64,000 nucleotides of DNA, from positions 192,001-256,000 of the forward strand of contig CAVPQB010000004.1 of the NCBI GenBank assembly GCA_963707505.1, given 5' to 3'. A model generated the notes under the pieces. It did not search any database and was not told the origin of the DNA. It saw nothing but the letters and a program-made list of their open reading frames with translations. Below, piece by piece: positions 1 through 9,340 of this stretch. This DNA comes from an uncultured Gemmatimonadales bacterium (GTDB lineage Bacteria > Gemmatimonadota > Gemmatimonadetes > Gemmatimonadales > Gemmatimonadaceae). Numbering within the stretch: the stretch's first letter is position 1; each line of letters begins with the position of its first letter. A program made the position numbers and the translations under genes.

Positions 1-1857
1 CACCAGCGCGGCACACTTCGCGGACGCGCTCGTCGTCGTGGAGGCGCGCGGCTCAACGGGAGTATCACGCGCGCAATCGCCAAGCGCAACGCGCTCGCGG
101 AGGCTGGTGGGTGGCCATCGCAGCCGCGCTCATGCTCGGAGCCGCGGCCGGAGTCTGGGGATCATGGCTGCGGCGTCCGAGTGCTGACGATGCTGTGCTC
201 CGAACGATGATTGCCTTTCCATCGGGACAGGCGGTCGAGGCCGCGCCTCAGGGGAACAGCTTTGTCCTCTCCCGCGATGGAACCGTCCTCGTCTACTGGG
301 GACCGTCGACCGGCGATAGCCATCATGCTCTGGTCGCGTCGGCTCGACCAGCTTAACGCGACCCCGATTCGCGGCACCGAAGGCGGTGTGCTGCCTGTTC
401 TCTCGCCCGACGCGCGACAGGTGGCGTTCGAGAAGTTGACCGACCGCAAGATACGAGTCGTTCCGATCGAAGGAGGCGTGCCACGGATCGTCGTCGACTC
501 GGCCCGTCGCGGCGGACTCGATTGGGCGGCGGATGGGAAACTGTATTATCGGGCGACGAGCGACGGCCTGAACCGCGTTCCCGCCGCGGGCGGAGTTTCG
601 GAAACGCTGATTCAACCACCAACCGACGCGGGTGTCGGCATGGGCTACTTCTGGCCGCAGGTGCTCCCCGGTGGCGATGCGCTCATCGCGTCGTTTCGCC
701 CGTCGAGCGGCGACAATGAAGCGTCGCGCATTGTCGCGATCCCGCCGGGCAGCCAAAAGTCCGTCGACATCGTCGCCGGCGTCTACGCTCGATACGCGCC
801 GACGGGCCAGCTGGTGTGGGCCACTGCCGACGGAGCGGTCTACTCGGCGCCATTCAACACGCGTACCTTCGCGATCGGTGCGCCGACGCGAGTGCTCGAG
901 CACGTCCGGGTCGAGAGCGCATTCGGATCTGCGGATTTCAGTTTCTCGGATCGTGGCCGGCTCTTGTATCAGCTCGGCGACGCGAGCGGTGGTGATCTGG
1001 TCTGGGTCTCGCGTGCGGGGACGATCACGCCGCTGGGCGTCGACGGGATGCAGGCGGGACTGGGGGGTGGCATGGGAATCTCTCCCGATGGCCGGTCGCT
1101 CGGTGTAAGCCGCGTGTCGGGCGGGGAGGAGGACATCTGGGTAAAGGCTCTTCCGGATGGAGCGCTCACACGCCTCACGACATCCGACTCGCCGGACATT
1201 TGGAGCGGCTGGACCCCCGATGGCCGCTACATCGCATTCATTCGGCGCGGAGTACTCTACCAGCGGGCAGCGGATGGAACCGGTAACGACAGTTTAGTCT
1301 TGCGTCGCCCCACGCCGATCATGGATGCGTCCTGGAGTCCGGACGGGCAGTGGATCGCAATCGTTGAAGCACCGACTCACATCGCGCTTGTGCGGCGCGG
1401 CGACTCGACGGCTCGCGTACTCTCGGAAGGCGCACGGTTCGCGGAGGATGGGCCAACCTTCTCGCCCGATTCGCGCTGGCTCGCGTACGCGTCGACCGAA
1501 TCCGGGCAGTCGGAAGTGTACGTCCGACCGTTCCCCGATGTGAACGCGGGCAAGTGGCAGGTCTCGATCGGTGGAGGTGGCGCGCCGCGCTGGTCACACT
1601 CAGGACATGAGCTCTTCTATCGGACCAAGGGCTCTCGTCTCATGTCCGCCGCGGTCCGAACGTCGCCCGAGTTCGGCGTCATCCGTCGCGACTCGCTTAC
1701 GCCGGCTGCGACCCAAGCGGTTGGCATCAGCGCCGACCCATTCGCGGTCGGTATGAACGATCAGCAATTCCTCGTCATTCGCTCGCGCGACCAGGGTCAG
1801 GGTCTGGTGCTCGTCGAGCATTGGTTCGACGATCTCGCGCACCAGTCTGGTCCGTAG
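1..1857 (+). CDS. C-terminal part of Ser/Thr kinase + TM + TolB-like (PD40) beta-propeller protein; 5' truncated by window, apparent frameshifts near 105 and 330
   Basis: Frame 2 from base 2 reads TSAAHFADAL (kinase C-terminal end). ORF 111-356 gives the TM helix. ORF 211-1857 gives repeated SPDG/WSPDG propeller motifs and EVYVRPFP..GKWQVS.GGG..PRWS. Confidence 0.8.
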
Positions 1858-2044
1858 CTGTGTGCACATCACGTGACGTGGGGTGTGACTATGCCTCAAA
1901 CAGCGCTCACTTTGCGCGCACAGAGTTGATCTGCGTGTCGCGGCATGACCACGACTCTGACGTGGCTTGCAGTCGTGTGGGGCCGCTGCTGGTCACAACT
2001 GTCCGGTTGCCGCACCAGCCACGAAATCGTACGTTGGTGTCTCG

Positions 2045-2718
2045 ATGACATCCACCGCCGATCCGCTCGACACGCTGCGCAGCGCGCTCGCGGACCGCTA
2101 CACGATCGAGCGCGAGCTTGGCGCGGGTGGCATGGCGACGGTGTATCTCGCGGAAGACATCAAGCACCATCGCAAGGTTGCGATCAAGGTGCTGCACGCG
2201 ATCTCCTTTTCTCCGGACGGACGCTATCTACTTGTCGAACTCGCGTTGACGCAACCAGATGCGTCGCGCGTTCGGGCATACGCGGTCCCACTCAGCAAAA
2301 CCGGAGGCGCCGCGACCCAGCCGATCCCGGTTCTCGAAGGGCCGGCGATGTTCACGCCCACCGTCTCACCGAACGGCAAGTGGCTCGCGTACACGACCAC
2401 GGCGGGCAATCGGCTGGAGGTGTCAGTGCGTTCCTTCCCGGCCGGCAACTCTTCTACCGAATCCACAGCACGTTCAGGGTCGCGACGCTCGACCTTCGCG
2501 GCGCCATGCCGCGTGTCGTTCGCACCGACTCGCTCTTCACGAGCGATGCAGCAGAGCAGCTTGTCAACCGCAACTATGACGTGCAGGGTGACGGCAAGCG
2601 CTTCGTCGTGGCGCGAGACGCGGGCGACGGTGCCAAGCTCATCGTGGTGACTAACGGTCCCGGTGAAGTTCTGACGAAAATCCGTGAACAGTCGCACGGC
2701 GTCGAGCATGCCCGGTGA
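2045..2718 (+). pseudogene. Internally deleted Ser/Thr kinase-propeller remnant
   Basis: MTSTADPL..DRYTIERELGAGGMATVYLAEDIKHHRKVAIKVLHA is joined directly to propeller segment ISFSPDGRYLL..SPNGKWLAY..VSVRSFP. A frame change then gives QLFYR..NYDVQGDGKRFVV. The catalytic HRD and DFG motifs are absent. Confidence 0.8.
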
Positions 2719-2755
2719 GCGACTCTGCATCTCAACTCGAGAGCGTGAGGCGCCG

Positions 2756-3523
2756 ATGGAAATCCACAAGCCAAACCCGATCCACAACTTCCGCGAGTTT
2801 CTGAAGGAAGTCGGCATCATCGTGCTCGGCGTGCTCATCGCGCTCGGCGCAGAGCAGACGGTCGAGGCACTGCACTGGCGCGCCAAGGTGCACGAGTCAG
2901 AACAGGCGATGCGAATCGAGCTCCGTGACGACGATGGACCGCAGGCGTTCACCCGCGCGGCGATCGAAGCATGCCTCGACCATCAACTCGATACCATTCA
3001 GGCCGCGGTGGAAGGTGGACGCGACCGCCGCGCGATCGCCGCTCTCGCAGACGCGTACACGCCGCCGACGCGCACGTGGGATGCGGAAGCTTGGCGCACC
3101 GCCGTCGCGTCAGATGCAGCGTCGCACACGTCGGCTGATCGCATGGTGACGTGGTCCAAGCCTTATCGGCTGCTGCCGGTGCTCGAAGCGACGAACCTCG
3201 CGGAGAACTCGGAGCGAATAGAGCTTCAGCCGACGCGCCGAGCTGGAGGACCGCTCTCAGGTGCCGAGCAGGACCGGATGCTGTCCGCCGTCGCGAGACT
3301 TCGCGAGGCGAACCACATGATGGCCAGCTGGTCCCGGGCCACCCTGCTCGGCCTTTCTAGAAACAAAATCGCCGTTGCGCGGGACAATCAGGCGCGCATC
3401 CTTGCCGGCTTTCGCAATCGATACGGCAGCTGCGTCGTCGCGCCGTCATTCAGCGGCGTCGACCCCACCGACCAGCTGCGGGATGCGGCGGGTGACAGGC
3501 CAGCAACTTCACTCAGTCGCTGA
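2756..3523 (+). CDS. Hypothetical membrane-anchored protein (MEIHKP..REFLKEVGIIVLGVLIAL type)
   Basis: ATG after GAGG; N-terminal TM helix followed by a helical soluble region; 255 aa. Confidence 0.75.
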   Translation: MEIHKPNPIHNFREFLKEVGIIVLGVLIALGAEQTVEALHWRAKVHESEQAMRIELRDDDGPQAFTRAAIEACLDHQLDTIQAAVEGGRDRRAIAALADAYTPPTRTWDAEAWRTAVASDAASHTSADRMVTWSKPYRLLPVLEATNLAENSERIELQPTRRAGGPLSGAEQDRMLSAVARLREANHMMASWSRATLLGLSRNKIAVARDNQARILAGFRNRYGSCVVAPSFSGVDPTDQLRDAAGDRPATSLSR

Positions 3524-3714
3524 ATCTCGTGAGCGCCGATCGGCTTTGAGCATGCGGGCACCCTTGTTCGCGAGAAACTCGCGCGCTGTGAACGCGGGCT
3601 CCTTCAGCTCGTGTTCTGATCCTGCTCTCGGACGTGTGGCCACGCTGGCGGTGACGTGCCCGCCCGGTATATTCGCCCGACTACGTTTCCCTCCCGGCCA
3701 CTCCAGACGCAGTC

Positions 3715-3948
3715 ATGCCCGACCTCCTCCGCGACCAGCTCCAGACCGCGCTCGGACTGGCCTACACGCTCGAGCGCGAGCTCGGCGGTGGCGGGATGTC
3801 GCGCGTGTTCGTCGCGCGCGACGAAGCATTGGGTCGTGATGTCGTGGTCAAGGTCATCGCACCGGGGAAGGCGGAGGGGCTCAGTGCTGAGCGGTTCGCG
3901 CTCGAGCCGGCGCGCGTTGCACCGCGCACTGCTGTGATCGCTCGATGA
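3715..3948 (+). pseudogene. Ser/Thr kinase N-lobe fragment
   Basis: YTLERELGGGGMSRVFVARDEALGRDVVVKV..SAERFA, then kinase similarity is lost. The stop overlaps the next ATG (ATGA). Confidence 0.75.
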
Positions 3949-6596
3949 TCTCGATTCCGGACCGCCTGAGTGCCGCGCTTTCAGATCGCTACACCATCGA
4001 GCGCGAGCTTGGCGCGGGCGGCATGGCGACTGTGTATCTCGCGGAAGACGTCAAGCATCATCGCAAGGTCGCGATCAAGGTGCTGCACGCGGAACTCTCC
4101 GCCATTCTCGGACCCGAGCGCTTCCTCAAGGAGATCGAGCTCACGGCGAACCTGCAGCATCCGCACATTCTGCCTTTGTTCGACTCAGGATCCGCTGACG
4201 GACTGCTCTACTACGTGATGCCGTACGTGGAGGGTGAAACGCTCCGGCGCCGGCTCGAGCGCGAGCACCAGCTCCCGATTGCCGACGCGCTACGCATCGC
4301 GACCGAGGTCGCCGACGCACTGGAGTACGCGCACAAGCGCGGTGTCGTGCATCGCGACATCAAGCCCGAGAACATTCTCCTGCACGACGGCCGCGCACTC
4401 GTCGCGGATTTCGGGATAGCGCTCGCTGTGGAGCAGGCTGGCGGACAGCGGATGACGCAGACGGGTCTCTCGCTGGGCACGCCGCAATACATGTCGCCCG
4501 AGCAGGCCATGGGCGAGCGGAATGTCGATGCTCGCACCGACATGTACGCGTTGGGAGCAGTCACGTATGAGATGCTGGTCGGTGAGCCGCCGTTCACCGG
4601 ACCGACGACGCAGGCAATCGTCGCGCGCGTCATCACGGAAGAGCCGCGCGCGCTCGTCCCGCAGCGGCGCAGCATTCCGGAATCTGTAGAGGCCGCGGTA
4701 CTCACCGCGCTGGAAAAGCTACCGGCGGATCGGTTCGGGAGCGCGGCCGAATTCGCCAGGAACCTGCAAGCCGATGGACCGGTGCAGCGTACTGGCTCAA
4801 GGCTGCGTCAGGCACCGGGCCGCGCTATTCGCGTCCCGTTCATCCTCGCACTGCTCGCCGCATCAATTGTCGTCGCTGTCGTCGCGTTCTTCGCGGGACG
4901 CCGTACCGCGACAGGAGCGCTGCCCGTCACGAGCTTTGGTCGTGCAACAAAGGTGACGTGGGATCCCGGGCTCGAGATCGCACCAGCGCTCTCGCCCGAC
5001 GGACGCAGCGTGGCATATGCATCGGGCAACATGGCAAGCATGCGGATCTTCGTGCGGCAGGTGAGCGGCGGCCGCGCTCTCGCGCTCACAGACGATTCGC
5101 TGGATGTCCAGACGGACCCGCAATGGTCGCCGGATGGCACACGGATCCTCTTCCTTGCCCAGGGTGGCGTGTTCAGCGCACCGGCGTCGGGCGGAAGCGC
5201 GCGACCGGAGCTGCCCGCGACACCAGGTGAAATCGTTGTCTCGGCTGCGTGGTCGCCAGATGGACAGGGGATCGTGTACACGATTGCCGACTCCGTGTTC
5301 ACGCGTACTGCAGCGGCACGGTCGCATCTGCTCGCGCACTTGCCCGAGCCCGCACTCTGCCGCTGGGCACCCGGCGGTGCGCTCATCGCGTGCGCTTCCG
5401 GCAACGCGTTCTACTCGCGCGTGGGCCGCTTCTTCGGCAATATGTCACCGAGTCGCGTGATGGTCATCCGCGTGCGCGACGGCGCGGTGGTCCCTGTGAC
5501 CGACAGCACGTCGATCAATCAGAGTCCGGCCTGGTCGCGCGACGGCCGCTGGCTGTACTACCTCTCCAATCGGCTCGGTCCGCGCGACATCTACGCACTC
5601 CGAATCAACAGCGACGGCCACGCCGAAGGCGCACCCGTGCGTCTTACTACCGGACTGGACGCGCACTCGATCTCGACATCGGCGGATGGGACGCACTTCG
5701 CATACGACCGCCTGGTGGAGACGTCGAACGTCTGGTCGCTGCCATTTCCGCCGCGTGGCGCGAGCGAGGCTAGCGCCACGCAGGTGACCAGCGGGACACA
5801 GGTGGTGGAGGAAGCCGAGCCGTCAGTGGACGGCAGGTGGCTGTACTACGACTCCAATGTGAGCGGGACGTCCGAGCTCTACCGGATGCGTCTTCCGCGC
5901 GGCGTGCCGGAGCAGCTCACGTTCGATAGCACCGACGATTTCTCGCCTATGCCATCGCCAGACGGCACAAAGGTGGCCTTTCATTCCTGGCGCTCGGGAT
6001 CGCGCGACATCTACGTGCTCCCGCTCGACGGCGGTCCCGTGCAGACGGTCACGAGGTCGCCCGCACAGGAGTCGAAGCCGCAGTGGTCCCCGGACGGCAA
6101 GTCGATCACGTACACACTGTACGGCGGCGGCGGCGTCTACATCGTGCACCAGAATCCGAACGGCACGTGGGGAACACCGACCAATCGCACGAAGCTCGCC
6201 GCTACGTCCTACCTCACATCGTGGCCAACCTGGTCTCCCGACGGTCACTGGATCGCGTACAGCAATGCTCTGCTGGGCGGATCGTTGTTCATGATCGACC
6301 CCGACTCCGGTGCGCAACACACCATGCTCGACTCAGCGAAGAGCCGGATGGACGCAGAGTACCCCGTTTGGAGTGCCGACAGCCGCACGCTGTATTTCAA
6401 GTCGCACGACGCGAAAGGAAACGCGGAATTCTGGTCCATGCCGATCAACGGCGGCGCGCCGACGCTGCTTGCGCATTTCGATGACCCCGACCGTCCGTCG
6501 TATCGCCCCGAATGGAGCATCGGCGCTGGTCGCATGTACTTCACGATCGCCGACCTTCAGAGCGACGTCTGGGTAATGCAGACGTCGCCGCAGTGA
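3945..6596 (+). CDS. Hanks-type Ser/Thr protein kinase with TM helix and TolB-like PD40 beta-propeller
   Basis: GAGGMATVY, VAIK, HRDIKPEN, DFG and GTPQYMSPE motifs; TM ILALLAASIVVAVVAFFA; many WSPDG repeats. Confidence 0.95.
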   Translation: MISIPDRLSAALSDRYTIERELGAGGMATVYLAEDVKHHRKVAIKVLHAELSAILGPERFLKEIELTANLQHPHILPLFDSGSADGLLYYVMPYVEGETLRRRLEREHQLPIADALRIATEVADALEYAHKRGVVHRDIKPENILLHDGRALVADFGIALAVEQAGGQRMTQTGLSLGTPQYMSPEQAMGERNVDARTDMYALGAVTYEMLVGEPPFTGPTTQAIVARVITEEPRALVPQRRSIPESVEAAVLTALEKLPADRFGSAAEFARNLQADGPVQRTGSRLRQAPGRAIRVPFILALLAASIVVAVVAFFAGRRTATGALPVTSFGRATKVTWDPGLEIAPALSPDGRSVAYASGNMASMRIFVRQVSGGRALALTDDSLDVQTDPQWSPDGTRILFLAQGGVFSAPASGGSARPELPATPGEIVVSAAWSPDGQGIVYTIADSVFTRTAAARSHLLAHLPEPALCRWAPGGALIACASGNAFYSRVGRFFGNMSPSRVMVIRVRDGAVVPVTDSTSINQSPAWSRDGRWLYYLSNRLGPRDIYALRINSDGHAEGAPVRLTTGLDAHSISTSADGTHFAYDRLVETSNVWSLPFPPRGASEASATQVTSGTQVVEEAEPSVDGRWLYYDSNVSGTSELYRMRLPRGVPEQLTFDSTDDFSPMPSPDGTKVAFHSWRSGSRDIYVLPLDGGPVQTVTRSPAQESKPQWSPDGKSITYTLYGGGGVYIVHQNPNGTWGTPTNRTKLAATSYLTSWPTWSPDGHWIAYSNALLGGSLFMIDPDSGAQHTMLDSAKSRMDAEYPVWSADSRTLYFKSHDAKGNAEFWSMPINGGAPTLLAHFDDPDRPSYRPEWSIGAGRMYFTIADLQSDVWVMQTSPQ

Positions 6597-6736
6597 GCAG
6601 AAAGCGATCAGTTGATTCGCGAAGCCTCCGAAAAAAATAAGCGATATCTGAGTGCCACGATTGTGCTCGTCGCTGGACTCGCAACAGTCGGCACGAGAAC
6701 GGCTCACGCGGCGCCCGCTCCTCAGCCAGTTGCTGC

Positions 6737-7708
6737 TCAGCTGTCGTTTGATCTCGCTTTGAAGTGTTCCAATACCACTCGCGCATTCCGCTGCAAACCC
6801 GCGAGTTTCGCGCGCTTCACCGGCGACTTGCGGAACGCGGCGCTGAACTCTTCCTGCGACATCGCGAGCAGCTCTGTCGCGAGCGTCCGCGCATCCTTCC
6901 CGGCGATCACCTCACGCGCCGCGAACGCCACCTCCGTCGCATCCCTCGAAAACTTCACGTTCCACGGACACACGTCCTGACAAACATCGCACCCATACAG
7001 ATGCTCGCCAATCGCCTCGCGTAACGTTTCCGCAATCGGTCCCTTCTGCTCGATCGTCTGATACGAAATGCACCTCGTCGCATCCAGCACCCGCGGCGCG
7101 ACGAACGCGTTCGTCGGACACGCATCGAGACATCGTGTGCAACTTCCGCATCGGTCCATCTCGAATGGATCGTCAGCACGCAGCTCGAGATCCAGCAGCA
7201 GCTCACCGAGGAAGAAGAACGAGCCAAGCTCTGGATTGATCAGATTGGTGTTCTTTCCGAACCAGCCGAGTCCCGCGCGTCGCGCGAGATCGCGCTCCAG
7301 TATCGGACCGGTATCGACGTACGGCTTGCCGCGCACCGAATGGCCTGTCTCACTCTCGATCCACTGGTGCAGCTCGTTCAGCCTGTCGATCATCAGATCG
7401 TGGTAATCATCACCACGCGCATAACGCGCTACGGGTCCGGGCGGTTGCGTGCCGCCGTAATTCATCGCGACGACGACTGCGCTCCGTACTCCCTCGAATG
7501 GTCTCCGCGTGTCGCGACGCTTCTCGGCGCCGCGCTCCAGATATCCCATCTCGCCGGCGTAACCGGCGCTGATCCATTCGTCGAACCGATCGGCAGTTTC
7601 GACTTCACCCAGCGTTGCGATGCCGCAGAGATCGAAGCCGAGCTCGCGGGCGCGCACCTTGATGCGGCTTTCGATATCCATCGGCGTTTCCATCCCATGC
7701 TCGGTCAC
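6737..7708 (-). CDS. queG: tRNA epoxyqueuosine reductase
   Basis: ARYARGDDYH, VDTGPILERDLA..AGLGWFGKN, CGSCTRCLDACPT and YGCDVCQDVCPWN. Confidence 0.95.
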   Translation of the reverse strand: MTEHGMETPMDIESRIKVRARELGFDLCGIATLGEVETADRFDEWISAGYAGEMGYLERGAEKRRDTRRPFEGVRSAVVVAMNYGGTQPPGPVARYARGDDYHDLMIDRLNELHQWIESETGHSVRGKPYVDTGPILERDLARRAGLGWFGKNTNLINPELGSFFFLGELLLDLELRADDPFEMDRCGSCTRCLDACPTNAFVAPRVLDATRCISYQTIEQKGPIAETLREAIGEHLYGCDVCQDVCPWNVKFSRDATEVAFAAREVIAGKDARTLATELLAMSQEEFSAAFRKSPVKRAKLAGLQRNARVVLEHFKARSNDS

Positions 7709-7717
7709 ATGTGGAAT

Positions 7718-9340
7718 TTACTTACGACGCGCTGCCTGCTGCCTCACCACGTGAAAGTTGGCGTCCACTTCCGTCATTCGGTACGGATACATCCAGTGGG
7801 AGTAATACATCGTGTTCGGGAGCGGCTTGAGATCGGTGTTGAAGTAGTAATCGAACACATACCGCAACACGTTCACGATGCTGGTCGAATCCGGAATCAC
7901 GCCAGCAGGACTGCCGGGAAGATAGTACGCCCCGAACGGTCTGAACCGTTCTCTGGCCTGGTCCGTGTTCGGAAGCGCCGTATAGCTCACGAACTGCTTC
8001 AGTGATTGTGACCCGTGGTCGCCCTGAAGAATGATGATCGGCTGCACTGACGACCTGGCGATCAGCGCATGCACCATCCTGAGCGTCTGGTTGTTGAGAC
8101 AGTTCAGCTCCCCCGAGAGCCCGGTAGTGCCAGGAGACCTGACCAGCGGCGCGCACGCGGAATCGACCTTGAAGCCCAGGTGCGGCATCAGCACGTGCAC
8201 AAAGGTAAAAGTAGGACGTGGGTCCGCAGCGATCGACGGGACGCCGGCAAAGTCACGCATTTCGTGTTCGGCGTCCACCGCGTTCTCGGTCGCCATCCGT
8301 GGCAGGAGCTTGCTGAATATCGTCATGTTGGCGAAATATTGCGCGATCCACGAACGGTGCACCGCGCGCGCCACGCTGAAGTGCTTGTACGGATCGTACT
8401 GCTCGTCCGCATCGCTGTTCGTCAGAGTCGGCGAGTACCATGCGGAAGGAAAGAACACGAACCTGTAGCCCTGCGACTTGAGGAATCGCTCTGCCCGGTT
8501 GTGCTCCATCAGGTATGCTACTGGCGTGAAGTCCTTCGAACCGGGGCTCATGACCCTGGCGATCGGTTGCATCTGCGCGAAGTTCAGGAGCGACGCGATG
8601 GACAGAAGCGTATTGGCGTAGTTGCTGCGCAGATCGCGCGGAATCTGGAATCCCAGTGCGCGCAGGCTATCCTCGAACGGCCTGTTATCGTAGCCATATC
8701 GCTCGCGATATACGTCGGTCGCCGCATATTCATCTAGCAGAATGACGTAGATGTCACGCTTCGGCGCGCGAGCCGCGTTGCTCGACCGTCCATCCGACCC
8801 CACGTCGGCCACACGCATCGGAACGGGACGCGCGAGGTTCTGGACCAGCTCGCTGCGGTGAAGCGCGACGATGTCACTGATCTCGTCGTACGCCAATCGC
8901 CCGACCGAGACGCAAGCCAGAATTCCGCCCGTCAGCACAAGGAAGCGACTGACGGTGTCCATCGACGGAAGCTTGCGTTGCATGCCACGCTTCTTCGCGA
9001 AGTAGCACGCGGCGGCGATCGCGACAACGACCGCCAGAAAGTACACGGGATGTGCAGCAGCCCAACCCTTCGTGGCGCCGAGCGGCAGCGGCTTGTAGAA
9101 ATAGAACAACGCGATCGCAACCAGAGTTACAAGCGCAGCTACGTCGGGGCCTGACTCCGAGCGCGTCAGCATGCGAATGATCGCGTACGTGATGCCGTAC
9201 AGCAGCGCGACCGCTACCATCGCAGCCGCACACAGCACGACCACGTCGATCAATCTGTAATACCCGGGATTGTTGGCCGCGACCCCGATAATCGGGAAGA
9301 TCGCGAACAGGATCGGATATGCCCGGCGCAACCACCTCAT
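7718..9340 (-). CDS. Multi-TM membrane protein with C-terminal alkaline-phosphatase/sulfatase-superfamily domain (LtaS/EptA-like)
   Basis: About 5 N-terminal TM segments; DIYVILLDEY, SNYANTLLSIASLLN, HVLMPH and QGDHG metal-site motifs. The ATG overlaps the upstream stop (ATGA). Confidence 0.8.
   Translation of the reverse strand: MRWLRRAYPILFAIFPIIGVAANNPGYYRLIDVVVLCAAAMVAVALLYGITYAIIRMLTRSESGPDVAALVTLVAIALFYFYKPLPLGATKGWAAAHPVYFLAVVVAIAAACYFAKKRGMQRKLPSMDTVSRFLVLTGGILACVSVGRLAYDEISDIVALHRSELVQNLARPVPMRVADVGSDGRSSNAARAPKRDIYVILLDEYAATDVYRERYGYDNRPFEDSLRALGFQIPRDLRSNYANTLLSIASLLNFAQMQPIARVMSPGSKDFTPVAYLMEHNRAERFLKSQGYRFVFFPSAWYSPTLTNSDADEQYDPYKHFSVARAVHRSWIAQYFANMTIFSKLLPRMATENAVDAEHEMRDFAGVPSIAADPRPTFTFVHVLMPHLGFKVDSACAPLVRSPGTTGLSGELNCLNNQTLRMVHALIARSSVQPIIILQGDHGSQSLKQFVSYTALPNTDQARERFRPFGAYYLPGSPAGVIPDSTSIVNVLRYVFDYYFNTDLKPLPNTMYYSHWMYPYRMTEVDANFHVVRQQAARRK

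Noticed and set aside
2093..4091. 108-bp repeat pair as a diversity-generating retroelement TR/VR
   Set aside because: The differences are mostly synonymous third-position changes rather than adenine-specific, and there is no reverse transcriptase in the window.
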